64,000 nt of DNA from Octopus bimaculoides (taxonomy: Eukaryota), in the NCBI RefSeq assembly GCF_001194135.2, contig NC_069008.1, positions 8,867,163 to 8,931,162 on the forward strand, given 5' to 3'. Position 1 is the stretch's first letter. Every line of letters starts with the position of its first letter. Below the pieces are notes generated by a model, which was not told the DNA's origin, searched no databases, and saw only the letters and a list, made by a program, of their open reading frames with translations. The position numbers were made by a program, and so were the translations under genes. This document shows positions 54,374-63,032 of the stretch, in pieces.

Positions 54374-57300
54374 ATGTGTTTGTGTGGAGGCATGTGATTT
54401 AGTGGATAAGGAGTTGGATTCATGATCATAAGATTGTGGTTTCAATTCCTGGACCAGGCAATGCATTCTGTTCTTGAGCAAAACATTTCATTTCATATTT
54501 CCCCAGTCCATTCCACTGGCAAGAATGAGTAATGATGGACTAGCATCCCATCCAGGGGGAGAATAAATACACCATGGAAACCAGGAAACCCACCTTTTTA
54601 ATGTATGGCTCAGGAAGGATCTTTATCCTTTTACATATATACACATACATACTCCTACATGTATGTAAGTGTGTATATGTTTGTCCCCCATGTCTTGACA
54701 TTGCATGGTAGTTGTAGAGGAGTGTTTCTGTCATATACAAGCAGTGTCATTCATTTCCAGTATCCCGCAAAAAAACCATGCCTGGCAATTGGAGAAAATA
54801 TTACCTAACTTGGAAGCAGGTGACGGTTGGCAACAGAAGTGCATCTGGTGGTAGAAAATCTGCCTCAGCAAGCCCCATCCAACCCATGGAAAAGAAGATG
54901 TTAAAATGGTGATAGCATGCAAAGAGATGAAAATATAACATGTTCTGCACGTGACAACTGAACAGATGAATGTGTGACACATTTGCTAAAATTTCTTTTT
55001 CAGTTACTAATCATCTTTTGCAAAACTGTTGACTAAACATATTTAGATGTTTGCGAATATTTTGGCTTATTGTCATACTGCTAACCTTCACTTTCTCTGT
55101 TCTAGCTTTCTGTCCCTATACAAACTGAAAGACTCTCTTTCCTTTTCTCTCTCTCTCTCACCTGCAATATGCTGTGTGGGTTATGTTTATGTCCCACTTT
55201 AAACTCTATGTATAAATATATTTCATTCTCTCCCTATCAGCTCTATGCCTCTGTACTGTCTGAAGAACCTACAACAGCAATAAAGGTAAGTCTTTCTCTC
55301 TCTCTCTCCATATATATATGCTGGAAATTAATACTTTTGTATTGAAATATTTTTCATTGATATATATATATATATACATACATATATATGTGTGTGTGAA
55401 AGTGCATGGCCTATGGTTGGGGTGTTGAACTCACAATCATTACCTCATAGTTTCGATTCCTAGGCTGGCATTACATTGTGTTCTTGAGCAAAACACCTCA
55501 TTTCACATTAATCCTGTACACTCAGCTATAAATGATTGATGGATTAGCAATGGTGGCATCATTTGAAAGTTGCAACAATGCAAGAAAGCACATTGTGGAC
55601 CTGCAGTGTATAACACCATCTGACAGCCTGGTCGATAGTGATACAGTGATATATACATCTCAGTGATTGCCAAGCGAACTTCTTAACCACAGGCTTAACC
55701 AGTACAATGTTGGCATTAGGAAGGGCATTCAGTTGTAGAAACCATGCCAAAACAGATGACTGAAACCTGGTGCGGCTTTCCAGCATGGAAAATGGACTTT
55801 AAAGGATGATGATGAGATTTATGATTTTGTCTAGACTCCTAAACCCATTGCAGTAGTTAATTAACAACTATACAGAAAACAGACTCAATTGTGAAAGTCT
55901 ACATGGACCTTTAAACATAACTAGTAGTCATTTATGTATATATATATATATGTATATGTGCCAGTGATATGTAAGTGGCACCTGTGCTGGTAGCATGTAA
56001 AAGGGTATCTAGTACACTTTGTAAATGGTTGGTATTAGGAAGGGCATCCAGCCATAGAAACCAAGCCAAGACAGACAACTGGAGCCCAGTGCAGCTCTCT
56101 GGTTTACCATCTTTAGTCAAACCATCTAACCCATCCCAGCAGGAAAAACAGACATTAAATGATAATGATGATATATAGCTTTCTACAGTTCTATATTTAA
56201 GAGATGAGGAATTATTTACATTATTTACATTTGACGGATATTTATCTTCATCTTGTTTGTTGTTAACACAACGTTTCGGCTGATATACCCTCCAGCCTTC
56301 GTCAGGTGTCTTGGGGAAATTTCGAACCTGGGTTCTCATTCCTAACGATGTTACTATTATTATATTGTTATTATTATTATTCCTATTATTAATCAGGTCG
56401 CTGCCGTGAATCGAACTCGGAACCTTGGGGTTAGTAGCCCGCGCTCTTAACCACTACGCCATATGCCCGTGGGCAATTATGGGGTGAATTTTAAGGCTTA
56501 TAANNNNNNNNNNNNNNNNNNNNNNNNNNNNNNNNNNNNNNNNNNNNNNNNNNNNNNNNNNNNNNNNNNNNNNNNNNNNNNNNNNNNNNNNNNNNNNNNN
56601 NNNNNNNNNNNNNNNNNNNNNNNNNNNNNNNNNNNNNNNNNNNNNNNNNNNNNNNNNNNNNNNNNNNNNNNNNNNNNNNNNNNNNNNNNNNNNNNNNNNN
56701 NNNNNNNNNNNNNNNNNNNNNNNNNNNNNNNNNNNNNNNNNNNNNNNNNNNNNNNNNNNNNNNNNNNNNNNNNNNNNNNNNNNNNNNNNNNNNNNNNNNN
56801 NNNNNNNNNNNNNNNNNNNNNNNNNNNNNNNNNNNNNNNNNNNNNNNNNNNNNNNNNNNNNNNNNNNNNNNNNNNNNNNNNNNNNNNNNNNNNNNNNNNN
56901 NNNNNNNNNNNNNNNNNNNNNNNNNNNNNNNNNNNNNNNNNNNNNNNNNNNNNNNNNNNNNNNNNNNNNNNNNNNNNNNNNNNNNNNNNNNNNNNNNNNN
57001 NNNNNNNNNNNNNNNNNNNNNNNNNNNNNNNNNNNNNNNNNNNNNNNNNNNNNNNNNNNNNNNNNNNNNNNNNNNNNNNNNNNNNNNNNNNNNCACTACT
57101 TATAAACATTGCTCGATGTTTTAGGCACTGAGCAATTCCTCTCTTTACACTGTATGGATGGTGGGAATTGAAGTTAAGGTATCGTCCAGTGAAGGTTGGC
57201 TTGCGATATACGGATGTCCTGAATCCATACTCGGTGCGTGTTAATAATACGTCCAGGAATGCCAGCTAATTGTTCTGTTCCTTTTCCAGAACAATCAGCT

Positions 57301-60300
57301 GGCATTCCTGGACGTATTAATAACACGCACCGAGTATGGATTCAGGACATCCGTATATCGCAAGCCAACCTTCACTGGACGATACCTTAACTTCAATTCC
57401 CACCATCCATACAGTGTAAAGAGAGGAATTGCTCAGTGCCTAAAACATCGAGCAAATAATAGAAGTAGCGATCGTGATACCCACCACAAAGAAATGATCA
57501 AGCTCAGTAAGAATCTATTAAGAAACAACTACCCCAAGAACATACTATCTACTCCAATTATGAAGAAAACAGAGGATGAAACCAAAAAACTGTCTACAGT
57601 CTGTCTACCCTATGTGAAAGGCCTCTCCGAAAAGATACAAAAGATATGCGGCCCATATGACATCAGGGCAGTATTCAAGAGCAATACAACACTTCGCAAA
57701 TATCTCCTTCGGGTAAAACCACCAACAGAAGAGAATATGACCAAAAACTGCGTGTACTCCATCCCATGCAGCTGTGGTAGATTATACAAAGGCGAAACAT
57801 GTCGCCCCCTCAAAATAAGGGTAGAAGAACATCACAANNNNNNNNNNNNNNNNNNNNNNNNNNNNNNNNNNNNNNNNNNNNNNNNNNNNNNNNNNNNNNN
57901 NNNNNNNNNNNNNNNNNNNNNNNNNNNNNNNNNNNNNNNNNNNNNNNNNNNNNNNNNNNNNNNNNNNNNNNNNNNNNNNNNNNNNNNNNNNNNNNNNNNN
58001 NNNNNNNNNNNNNNNNNNNNNNNNNNNNNNNNNNNNNNNNNNNNNNNNNNNNNNNNNNNNNNNNNNNNNNNNNNNNNNNNNNNNNNNNNNNNNNNNNNNN
58101 NNNNNNNNNNNNNNNNNNNNNNNNNNNNNNNNNNNNNNNNNNNNNNNNNNNNNNNNNNNNNNNNNNNNNNNNNNNNNNNNNNNNNNNNNNNNNNNNNNNN
58201 NNNNNNNNNNNNNNNNNNNNNNNNNNNNNNNNNNNNNAATAATAGATTTATAAGCCTTAAAATTCACCCCATAATTGCCCACGGGCATATGGCGTAGTGG
58301 TTAAGAGCGCGGGCTACTAACCCCAAGGTTCCGAGTTCGATTCACGGCAGCGACCTGATTAATAATAGGAATAATAATAATAATAGTAACATCGTTAGGA
58401 ATGAGAACCCAGGTTCGAAATTTCCCCAAGACACCTGACGAAGGCTGGAGGGTATATCAGCCGAAACGTTGTGTTAACAACAAACAAGATGAGGATAAAT
58501 ATCCGTCAAATGTAGATAATGTATATAGCTTTCTGTCTGTATGTCTATAACCACCTATCTGTCATTGTTTCTATTCCTATCACTCTCTGACTATATGTGT
58601 GTGTGTGTATACACACACATAGACTGACTGACATGCAAACACATACATATATGTATATAATCTATGTCCACCACTTTTCCCAGGCCAAACAATATGTCGA
58701 GAAAGCAATGAAACTGGACAGTTCATATTTGGAGGCTGTGTATGTGATGACTGTGATACTGGGCAAGGAACAGCAGTACGACAAGGCTATTGAACTGTGA
58801 GTAACCACTCCCCTATTGAGTAAACTCTGGTTTTCAGTTTTATTTTCCTGTCTGTATTGCCAAGCCGATTATTATTTTTTCTAGCAGGACCCATGAATAT
58901 TTCACAGAATTAATTGTAAACCTATTGTGTTATTCCTGAAAACTTTATCCAAAAAGCCTGAAAATGTAGCCTGTGTTGTGCCGGTATCAAAAGATAGTTG
59001 CTCATCTGTTATTCATTGAAAAGTGAAGGAAATTGGAATACAATGATTACTTAATGCACCTTATATATATATACTTTATATACTTTATGCACAATTTTAT
59101 AGACTTAATACACAGCATTCATAAAATAAATATTCATTCTTATTTTTCCATTTTCCCCATAAGCAGAAAAAATTACATTTTAAAATTTACATGGTCACAA
59201 TTTCATATCTAGAAAACGAAAATTTTATAGTAAAAACAATTATTTTATTTGTAAAATGTATGGTCACAATTTCGCAAGGGTAAAACTTTAATGCAACATG
59301 GCATACTCTGAAAACCACATTGTTGGTTACTTAAGCCAAGGTAATGGGTCAAACCAATGCACATTTCGATGTGCATACACCTTTCAATACAATGCTTCTT
59401 TGCAGATTATGTTCTTTGTGTAAGTTCTCCCTCTTCTTTTCCCTTGTTTGTCAGTGTTGATAACTTTACCTCTCACCTCAGATAATTTGCAAGTCCTTGA
59501 GAATGCAATATATAGCTGACCATGGCCGAGTACAGGTTCGGGCAAGAACAGCTCCAATTCGTTAAATGTCCACCCTTGTGATTTATTGATAGTCATTGCA
59601 TATGACAGGCAAACGGGAAACTGGTTTCCTTCTAAAGTGAATGGCAAGTTTGGGATGCACATGTTTCAAGTGATAGGTGATATAAAAAGACTTAGTTCAG
59701 TTAAAACAAAAATTACTTTTCACTAAGCACTCACTATCGCCACTTCCACCACCACCACCACCATCATCTCTCTCTCTCTACCTTTCTTTAATCTCACCAT
59801 CACAACATCACCCCTCTGCTAAAATTATATTCCTAACTCTTCTCTATATCATTACCTTCAACTATTTTAACCACGCAATAAATATTACATTCCCCCTAAC
59901 ATGTCGTTGGATGCTTCTCTCTCCCACTTGTTCTTTCTCTCTCTTTCTGCCTCACTCTTCTCCTTATCCTCTTTTTCTCTCTCCTTTTTCTTTCTCTTGT
60001 TCTCTCTTTCCCTTCAACTAATCATATGAAAGTGTTACAATCACATTCCTTCTACCTCACGTCATGGATGCTTCTCTCACCCTCTTTTTCTCTCTCTCAC
60101 TTTTCTTTAATCATGTGAAAGCGTTTCTGATGGGCTAAAGTAACATGACAAGCAGAATTATTATAAGATTAGAATTGTCATTACTGTTTTTTTCTTATTA
60201 GGGCAGTTGAGACAGGATATGTAAAATGTCAAATAAAATACCATTTAAGTCCTTCAAATCCACTAGCATAGCTAGAGTGTGTGTCGGCCAGGGCAGCCCT

Positions 60301-61133
60301 TCCGTTTACAACTCCTGGAACCCACAAAAAGCCTACAGCAGACCCAAAAGTGCTGCCCAGGGCAGACCTCCCCCCCACCCCCCTAGTTACACTAGTGCTC
60401 AAATCACATCTAAATGTCTTATGTATGTATATATGTATAAGCCAGTGAGGGAGATTGCTGCATGGTGGCTAGATCTGATATAAACTGCTGCCAAATTTCC
60501 CTCAAATGTTTATATGGATCAAAGAAGGAAACCTCTGCATGGTAACTAGGCCTAATAGAAACAGAAGTCGAATCTCCCTCAAATCACATATTACAGTGTT
60601 ATGTATATATGTATGTATGTGCCAATGAAGGAGACCTCTGCATAATAAAAACAGCAGCCAAATCTCCCTCAAATCCTACCCTACTGTCTGGTGTAGATAT
60701 GTATGTATGAATCAATGAGGAAGACATATTGTTAGGCTTGTTACAAATAGCCAATAAATATCCCTTAAATCAGATCATTCTGGCTTTAAAAAAACAATGT
60801 TGGACAATTGTGTATTTTGGGTTGTCTGCTTATAGAAGAAGATAAGGGGATCACAATTGAAGTGCTTTTGATCATAGGTTTGTTCAACTAGGGGTGACTT
60901 GGGGTTAAACAATAGCAACAAGACATCTTATTCTATGCTACCATAGCATAATATATCTTATCTCACCCTACCATGACATACACCAATCAATGTTTTCATT
61001 GTCAAACTCCCAACAGACTTCGCAAGACCCTGGTCCACCACAACACCTGCCATCTCCATCAAATGCTCGGGGACTTCCTGTCACAGACCAACGAAGCACT
61101 GGAGGCTGTCAATCACTACAGTATAGCCCTCAG
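20938..61133 (+). CDS. ANAPC7: Anaphase-promoting complex subunit 7 gene (multi-exon; 15 coding exons traced, 3' end not found in window)
   Basis: 15 exons with GT-AG boundaries and compatible phases splice to 497 codons + 2 nt without a stop. The product is colinear with human APC7 as I recall it (e.g. QKYQ, SEVEVKYK, ECPLAVEALMGLLSLGVK, EPWVV, EALLLKG, HFREAITLAP, HQMLGDFL, YSIAL). Confidence 0.96.
21518..21880 (+). mobile_element. SINE family B, two tandem copies (possible Nin-domain type)
   Basis: Core GAGTTCAAATTCC..GAGGTCAACTTTGCCTTTCATCCTTTCGGGGTC occurs twice. Confidence 0.65.
22754..22876 (+). CDS. ANAPC7: ANAPC7 coding exon 2 (ACLVLTMSDQNSDLLTLAQKYQCTVYYAHSLYQLREFRKAE)
   Basis: ttttcag acceptor, GTAAAA donor, 123 nt, phase 0/0. 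Confidence 0.95.
23322..23872 (+). mobile_element. RTE-clade LINE apurinic-endonuclease fragment (pseudogenised)
   Basis: Motifs GMGILF, IISAYAPQ, AGNFNGHVG, RNEEG, NTNFRK and SQIDYIL, with in-frame stops; runs into an N gap. Confidence 0.85.
24794..24865 (+). CDS. ANAPC7: ANAPC7 coding exon 3 (SLYRKALLLKKVINKTKGKNISHV)
   Basis: (CT)n-tttcag acceptor, GTAAGT donor, 72 nt. Confidence 0.9.
25321..25744 (-). mobile_element. SINE family A, near full-length copy (tRNA-like head, central microsatellite, CR1-like tail)
   Basis: Family head AGGCATGGCTGTGTGG..GGTTCAGTCCC and tail CCAGCATGGCC(A/G)CAGTCAAATGACTGAAAC. Other copies at approximately 2900-3090, 3200-3540, 5585-5737, 13148-13494, 20500-20840, 23060-23270, 28570-29130, 35200-35800, 39420-39730, 39950-40180, 48040-48270 and 62060-62130. 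Confidence 0.85.
26845..26894 (-). ncRNA. Hammerhead-like fold with variant core CCGAUGA
   Basis: Minus strand: ACTGT / CCGATGA / ACG-GGAA-CGT / GAAAC-TCAGA-GTA / ACGTT. Confidence 0.5.
27351..27434 (+). CDS. ANAPC7: ANAPC7 coding exon 4 (EITSEVEVKYKIHLCHCQLKQYKEAINV)
   Basis: ttttctag acceptor, GTAAGT donor, 84 nt. Confidence 0.95.
27985..28330. repeat. Degenerate ~128-bp tandem repeat (about 3 copies); single copy at ~29640-29720
   Basis: CTAGGACT..ATCTAAT anchors at 27989, 28116 and 28245. Confidence 0.7.
30413..30528 (+). CDS. ANAPC7: ANAPC7 coding exon 5 (LEGVIAKKRNAKINLALAHLYKQSNMDRPAITCFKEVI-R)
   Basis: ttctcag acceptor, GTTTGT donor, 116 nt, ends phase 2. Confidence 0.95.
31163..31292. 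repeat. Fold-back inverted repeat (29+18 bp arms)
   Basis: 31163-31191 pairs with 31264-31292; 31204-31221 pairs with 31246-31263. Confidence 0.9.
31620..31733 (+). CDS. ANAPC7: ANAPC7 coding exon 6 (ECPLAVEALMGLLSLGVKCAEVIGLVLSSLPHGANYD-W)
   Basis: polyT-aag acceptor, GTATGT donor, 114 nt, phase 2/2. Confidence 0.96.
34646..34733 (+). CDS. ANAPC7: ANAPC7 coding exon 7 (LTMWIKAHALVVAQEYTSAISTFKALDCK)
   Basis: ttacag acceptor, GTAAGT donor, 88 nt, phase 2/0. Confidence 0.94.
35062..35157 (+). CDS. ANAPC7: ANAPC7 coding exon 8 (PYLKNNVRLLFSLGEAHFLNGDYTQAMQLFQK)
   Basis: tatctag acceptor, GTAATA donor, 96 nt. Confidence 0.93.
36220..36660 (+). mobile_element. RTE-clade LINE fragments
   Basis: FVCDRC..LEVVDSFHYLGS*..EVIAARIR, typical of the post-RT region. 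Confidence 0.7.
37963..38051 (+). CDS. ANAPC7: ANAPC7 coding exon 9 (AHLTDRLNVKNMDTLAYLYLKEKKMTELE-S)
   Basis: cttacag acceptor, GTGGGT donor, 89 nt, ends phase 2. Confidence 0.93.
38240..38623 (+). mobile_element. SINE family A copy
   Basis: Complete head-to-tail match to the family A pattern. Confidence 0.8.
40376..40502 (+). CDS. ANAPC7: ANAPC7 coding exon 10 (LANHVMDGNEHIPEPWVVIGYYCMANRKVVKAVPKAVYFAQK)
   Basis: tttgcag acceptor, GTAAGA donor, 127 nt, phase 2/0; EPWVV motif. Confidence 0.95.
40866..41195 (+). mobile_element. SINE family C (tRNA-like head); related copies with a different head at 24245-24540 and 31882-32205
   Basis: Shared body GTACCTGTATTTCAAAGGG..CTGTGGAGTGCTCAGCCACTTGCACGTTAATTTCACGAGCAGGCTGTTCCGTTG. 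Confidence 0.7.
41635..42050 (+). mobile_element. SINE family B, two tandem copies
   Basis: Same core at ~41708-41760 and ~41930-41990. Confidence 0.65.
42143..42284 (+). CDS. ANAPC7: ANAPC7 coding exon 11 (AYTIDNRNIEALLLKGFALLELKKMQDAASHFREAITLAPYRFEAHK-G)
   Basis: catctag acceptor, GTAAAT donor, 142 nt, ends phase 1; TPR pattern. Confidence 0.96.
42433..42765 (+). mobile_element. SINE family A copy
   Basis: Matches family A. Confidence 0.8.
42913..44625 (-). mobile_element. 5'-truncated CR1-clade LINE (RT, C-terminus, 3' UTR), frameshifted
   Basis: GPDGFP, PIHKGG..NYRLISLTS, FAKAFDKVDH, VPQG..PLLF, YADDTK and LYSLERRRERY..WKILEG motifs across ORFs 44302-44625, 43691-44185 and 43141-43473. 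Confidence 0.92.
46373..46720 (+). mobile_element. SINE family A copy ending ~40 bp before ANAPC7 exon 12
   Basis: Matches family A. Confidence 0.8.
46760..46860 (+). CDS. ANAPC7: ANAPC7 coding exon 12 (LIDCYMASHRPREAINLAGKAVRQLGNNARSLT)
   Basis: ctttcag acceptor, GTAAGT donor, 101 nt, phase 1/0. Confidence 0.95.
51236..51424 (+). mobile_element. RTE-related 3' repeat (family D) with (GAT)n tail; many copies
   Basis: Tail AACCCATGCTAGCATGGAAAGCGGACGTTAAACGA(TGA)n. Other copies at approximately 2590-2880, 11690-11890, 19105-19560, 24955-25075, 29276-29456, 30600-31090, 37180-37900, 39030-39160, 55975-56170 and 61180-61500. Confidence 0.75.
51419..54302 (+). mobile_element. Helitron 3' half: Rep C-terminus and PIF1-like helicase (decayed), with 3' terminus
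   Basis: VDNRWIVPY..SIKYVCK, DAPGGKGKTF (Walker A), GGRTAHSTFKLP, LAGDFHQILPV, GLPPHTL and RLQFPVQLCFAMMINKVQGQT. Ends with imperfect hairpin CCAGGGCAACGCCAGG then CTAG|T (54299-54303). Confidence 0.92.
55241..55285 (+). CDS. ANAPC7: ANAPC7 coding exon 13 (LYASVLSEEPTTAIK)
   Basis: ctatcag acceptor, GTAAGT donor, 45 nt; aligns with human LLATVCLEDPVTQEK (recalled). Confidence 0.9.
56265..56310 (-). ncRNA. Mirror copy of the minimal hammerhead ribozyme
   Basis: Reverse complement of 58430-58475. Confidence 0.75.
58283..58355 (+). other. tRNA-derived Pol III head (A and B boxes) inside the PLE 3' region; mirror copy ~56397-56468 (-)
   Basis: A box TGGCGTAGTGG (58290-58300), B box GAGTTCGATTC (58333-58343). 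No acceptor stem could be folded, so it is not a functional tRNA. Confidence 0.75.
58430..58475 (+). ncRNA. Minimal type I hammerhead ribozyme in PLE pseudo-LTR
   Basis: GACAC / CTGACGA / A / GGCTG-loop-CAGCC / GAAAC / GTT / GTGTT. Stem I pairs GACAC with GTGTT; stem III is the palindrome AACGTT. Confidence 0.75.
58684..58796 (+). CDS. ANAPC7: ANAPC7 coding exon 14 (AKQYVEKAMKLDSSYLEAVYVMTVILGKEQQYDKAIE-L)
   Basis: ttttcccag acceptor, GTGAGT donor, 113 nt, ends phase 2. Confidence 0.95.
58881..59670 (-). mobile_element. Helitron 3' fragment (PIF1 C-terminus)
   Basis: QFPVCLSYAMTINKSQG..HGQLYIAFSR (59384-59662). Candidate CTAG end at 58881-58884, preceded by a decayed hairpin. Confidence 0.8.
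61017..61133 (+). CDS. ANAPC7: ANAPC7 coding exon 15 (LRKTLVHHNTCHLHQMLGDFLSQTNEALEAVNHYSIAL-)
   Basis: caacag acceptor, GTAAAC donor, 117 nt, phase 2/2; aligns with human LRNALANQSDCVLHRILGDFL...YSIAL (recalled). Confidence 0.94.
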
Positions 61134-61605
61134 GTAAACTGAATTTTGCTTTTCATTTTGTTTATTTTTGTGTATATATCACATCATCATATAATGTCTG
61201 TCTTCCATGCTGGTATGGGTTGGACAGTTTGACGGGAGCTGGCCAGGCAGAGGACTGCATCAAGCTCCACTGTCTGTATTGGTATGCCCTTCCTAACACC
61301 AGCTGCCTTACGGAATGGATTTATATAGCTTGTGACATCTGTGCTGCTGACACATGAAAGACACCCAGTACACTCTATGGAGTGGTTGGCATTAGGAAGA
61401 ACATCTAGCTATAAGCGAAATCAGAATGGAACCTGGTGTCAGCTCTGGTCAAACCATCCAACCCATGCCAGCATGAAAACAGCCATTAAAGGATGGTGAT
61501 ATATAGGCACTGTTGCTTAGTTAAGAAACTTACTTTGCAATCTTATGGTTTTAGGTTCAGTCTCACTGCATTGCACTTTGGGCAACTGTCTTCTAAAGCC
61601 ATTGG

Positions 61606-62020
61606 TTGACCAATGTCTGGAAGATCCTGGAAGGGATTGTACGAAATTTTGGCAATGAAAGCTACACAAATGCCAGAATGGGTCACCGCTGCACAGTGCC
61701 AAAGATCCCAACAATACCATCGCGTTTCAGGACCAGTTACTACAACAGTCTCAGTTTTAAGGGCCCACAGCTTTTTACTGTTCTCCCAAAGAGCCTGAGG
61801 GACCTACACAAAGTGGATGTAGGTGTTTTCAAAACAAAACTGGATCTCTTCCTGTCAAGAGTCCTAGGTGAACCCACCTCATGTCAGGAGGCACAAATGA
61901 GAGCAGCGCCATCAAACTCCCTTATTCACCAAATGCTACAGATCAGAAAAGGCTCTCAAAAAAAGTGTAGCAAAACAGCGGTGCCACAGCATTGAGCCCT
62001 GAAACCTAGGTCCTTAACTA
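61606..62020 (+). mobile_element. CR1-clade LINE 3' fragment, same family as the 43-kb copy
   Basis: WKILEGIVRNFG..NSLSFKGPQLF..LPKSL is colinear with ORF 43141-43473. Confidence 0.85.
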
Positions 62021-62027
62021 TCACGTA

Positions 62028-62062
<35 letters not shown>

Positions 62063-62147
62063 TCTTCTACTTGTTTCAGTCATTTGGCTGCAGCCATGCT
62101 GGACCACCACTTTTAGTCGAACAAATCAACCCCACATATACACATAC

Positions 62148-62186
<39 letters not shown>

Positions 62187-62354
62187 TATATATATATATA
62201 TATATATAAATGTATGTATGCATGTATATGTGTATATATATGTATGTATATATAAGTATATATACAGATTTATATATATATACCGGAGTAAGCACATAAA
62301 ATGTGCAACAAGGTGGAAAAAAAAGTACTCAAATACCAGAGGTAGAGTAATATG

Positions 62355-62441
62355 CTTTATTTAAAAGCAACAGAAATATAACAAAAGACTGTTACTCAGA
62401 GTAACAGTCTTTTGTTATATTTCTGCTGCTTTTAAATAAAG
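62355..62441. repeat. Near-perfect palindrome (43-bp arms, 1-nt centre, 1 mismatch)
   Basis: Read directly; the arm sequence matches the repeat at 26815-26860. Confidence 0.9.
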
Positions 62442-63032
62442 TATATATATATATAAGAATTTAAGGATTGGAGAAAACGCATGTTATAATTGCATACTTT
62501 ATTCCTACATATGTTTCAAAGGATTACAACCTGTGTGATCCATAGGGATCTTTGATATTAAAATTGTAACCTTCTCATCAGGGAAAGCATGGGAATCATC
62601 TTAAACGTAAGACATTATGACCGNNNNNNNNNNNNNNNNNNNNNNNNNNNNNNNNNNNNNNNNNNNNNNNNNNNNNNNNNNNNNNNNNNNNNNNNNNNNN
62701 NNNNNNNNNNNNNNNNNNNNNNNNNNNNNNNNNNNNNNNNNNNNNNNNNNNNNNNNNNNNNNNNNNNNNNNNNNNNNNNNNNNNNNNNNNNNNNNNNNNN
62801 NNNNNNNNNNNNNNNNNNNNNNNNNNNNNNNNNNNNNNNNNNNNNNNNNNNNNNNNNNNNNNNNNNNNNNNNNNNNNNNNNNNNNNNNNNNNNNNNNNNN
62901 NNNNNNNNNNNNNNNNNNNNNNNNNTATATATATATATATATTAAATTCAAATTACGATGAATGTAAACAAACAAACGAAGTTTACTTTAGAAGCATTGA
63001 GATGTCTTAGAAAGTTAAAGAAGTGATTTTAA

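Larger units (their letters stand above)
56185..58521. mobile_element. Palindromic Penelope-like element insertion (RT thumb, GIY-YIG and pseudo-LTR in both orientations)
   Basis: + frame LAFLDVLITRTEYGFRTSVYRKPTFTGRYLNFNSHHP and CVYSIPCSCGRLYKGET..RVEEH. 56217-56503 is the reverse complement of 58248-58523. 57095-57275 mirrors ~57290-57470. Flanking 13-bp direct repeat TATATAGCTTTCT. Confidence 0.9.

Noticed and set aside
58283-58355. Functional tRNA gene
   Set aside because: A and B boxes are present, but there is no acceptor stem and the anticodon stem is poor; treated as a tRNA-derived head.
56185-58521. Pure assembly fold-back artefact as the explanation of the PLE palindrome
   Set aside because: The flanking 13-bp direct repeat and differences between arms favour a real insertion, though the gaps mean long reads are still needed.
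8456-62975. Long ORFs in the supplied track (e.g. 26094-26882, 41005-41778, 50387-51260, 56463-57131, 62589-62975)
   Set aside because: They are open only because they run through N gaps. The exception is the real 5' part of 57494-58297, which is PLE coding sequence.
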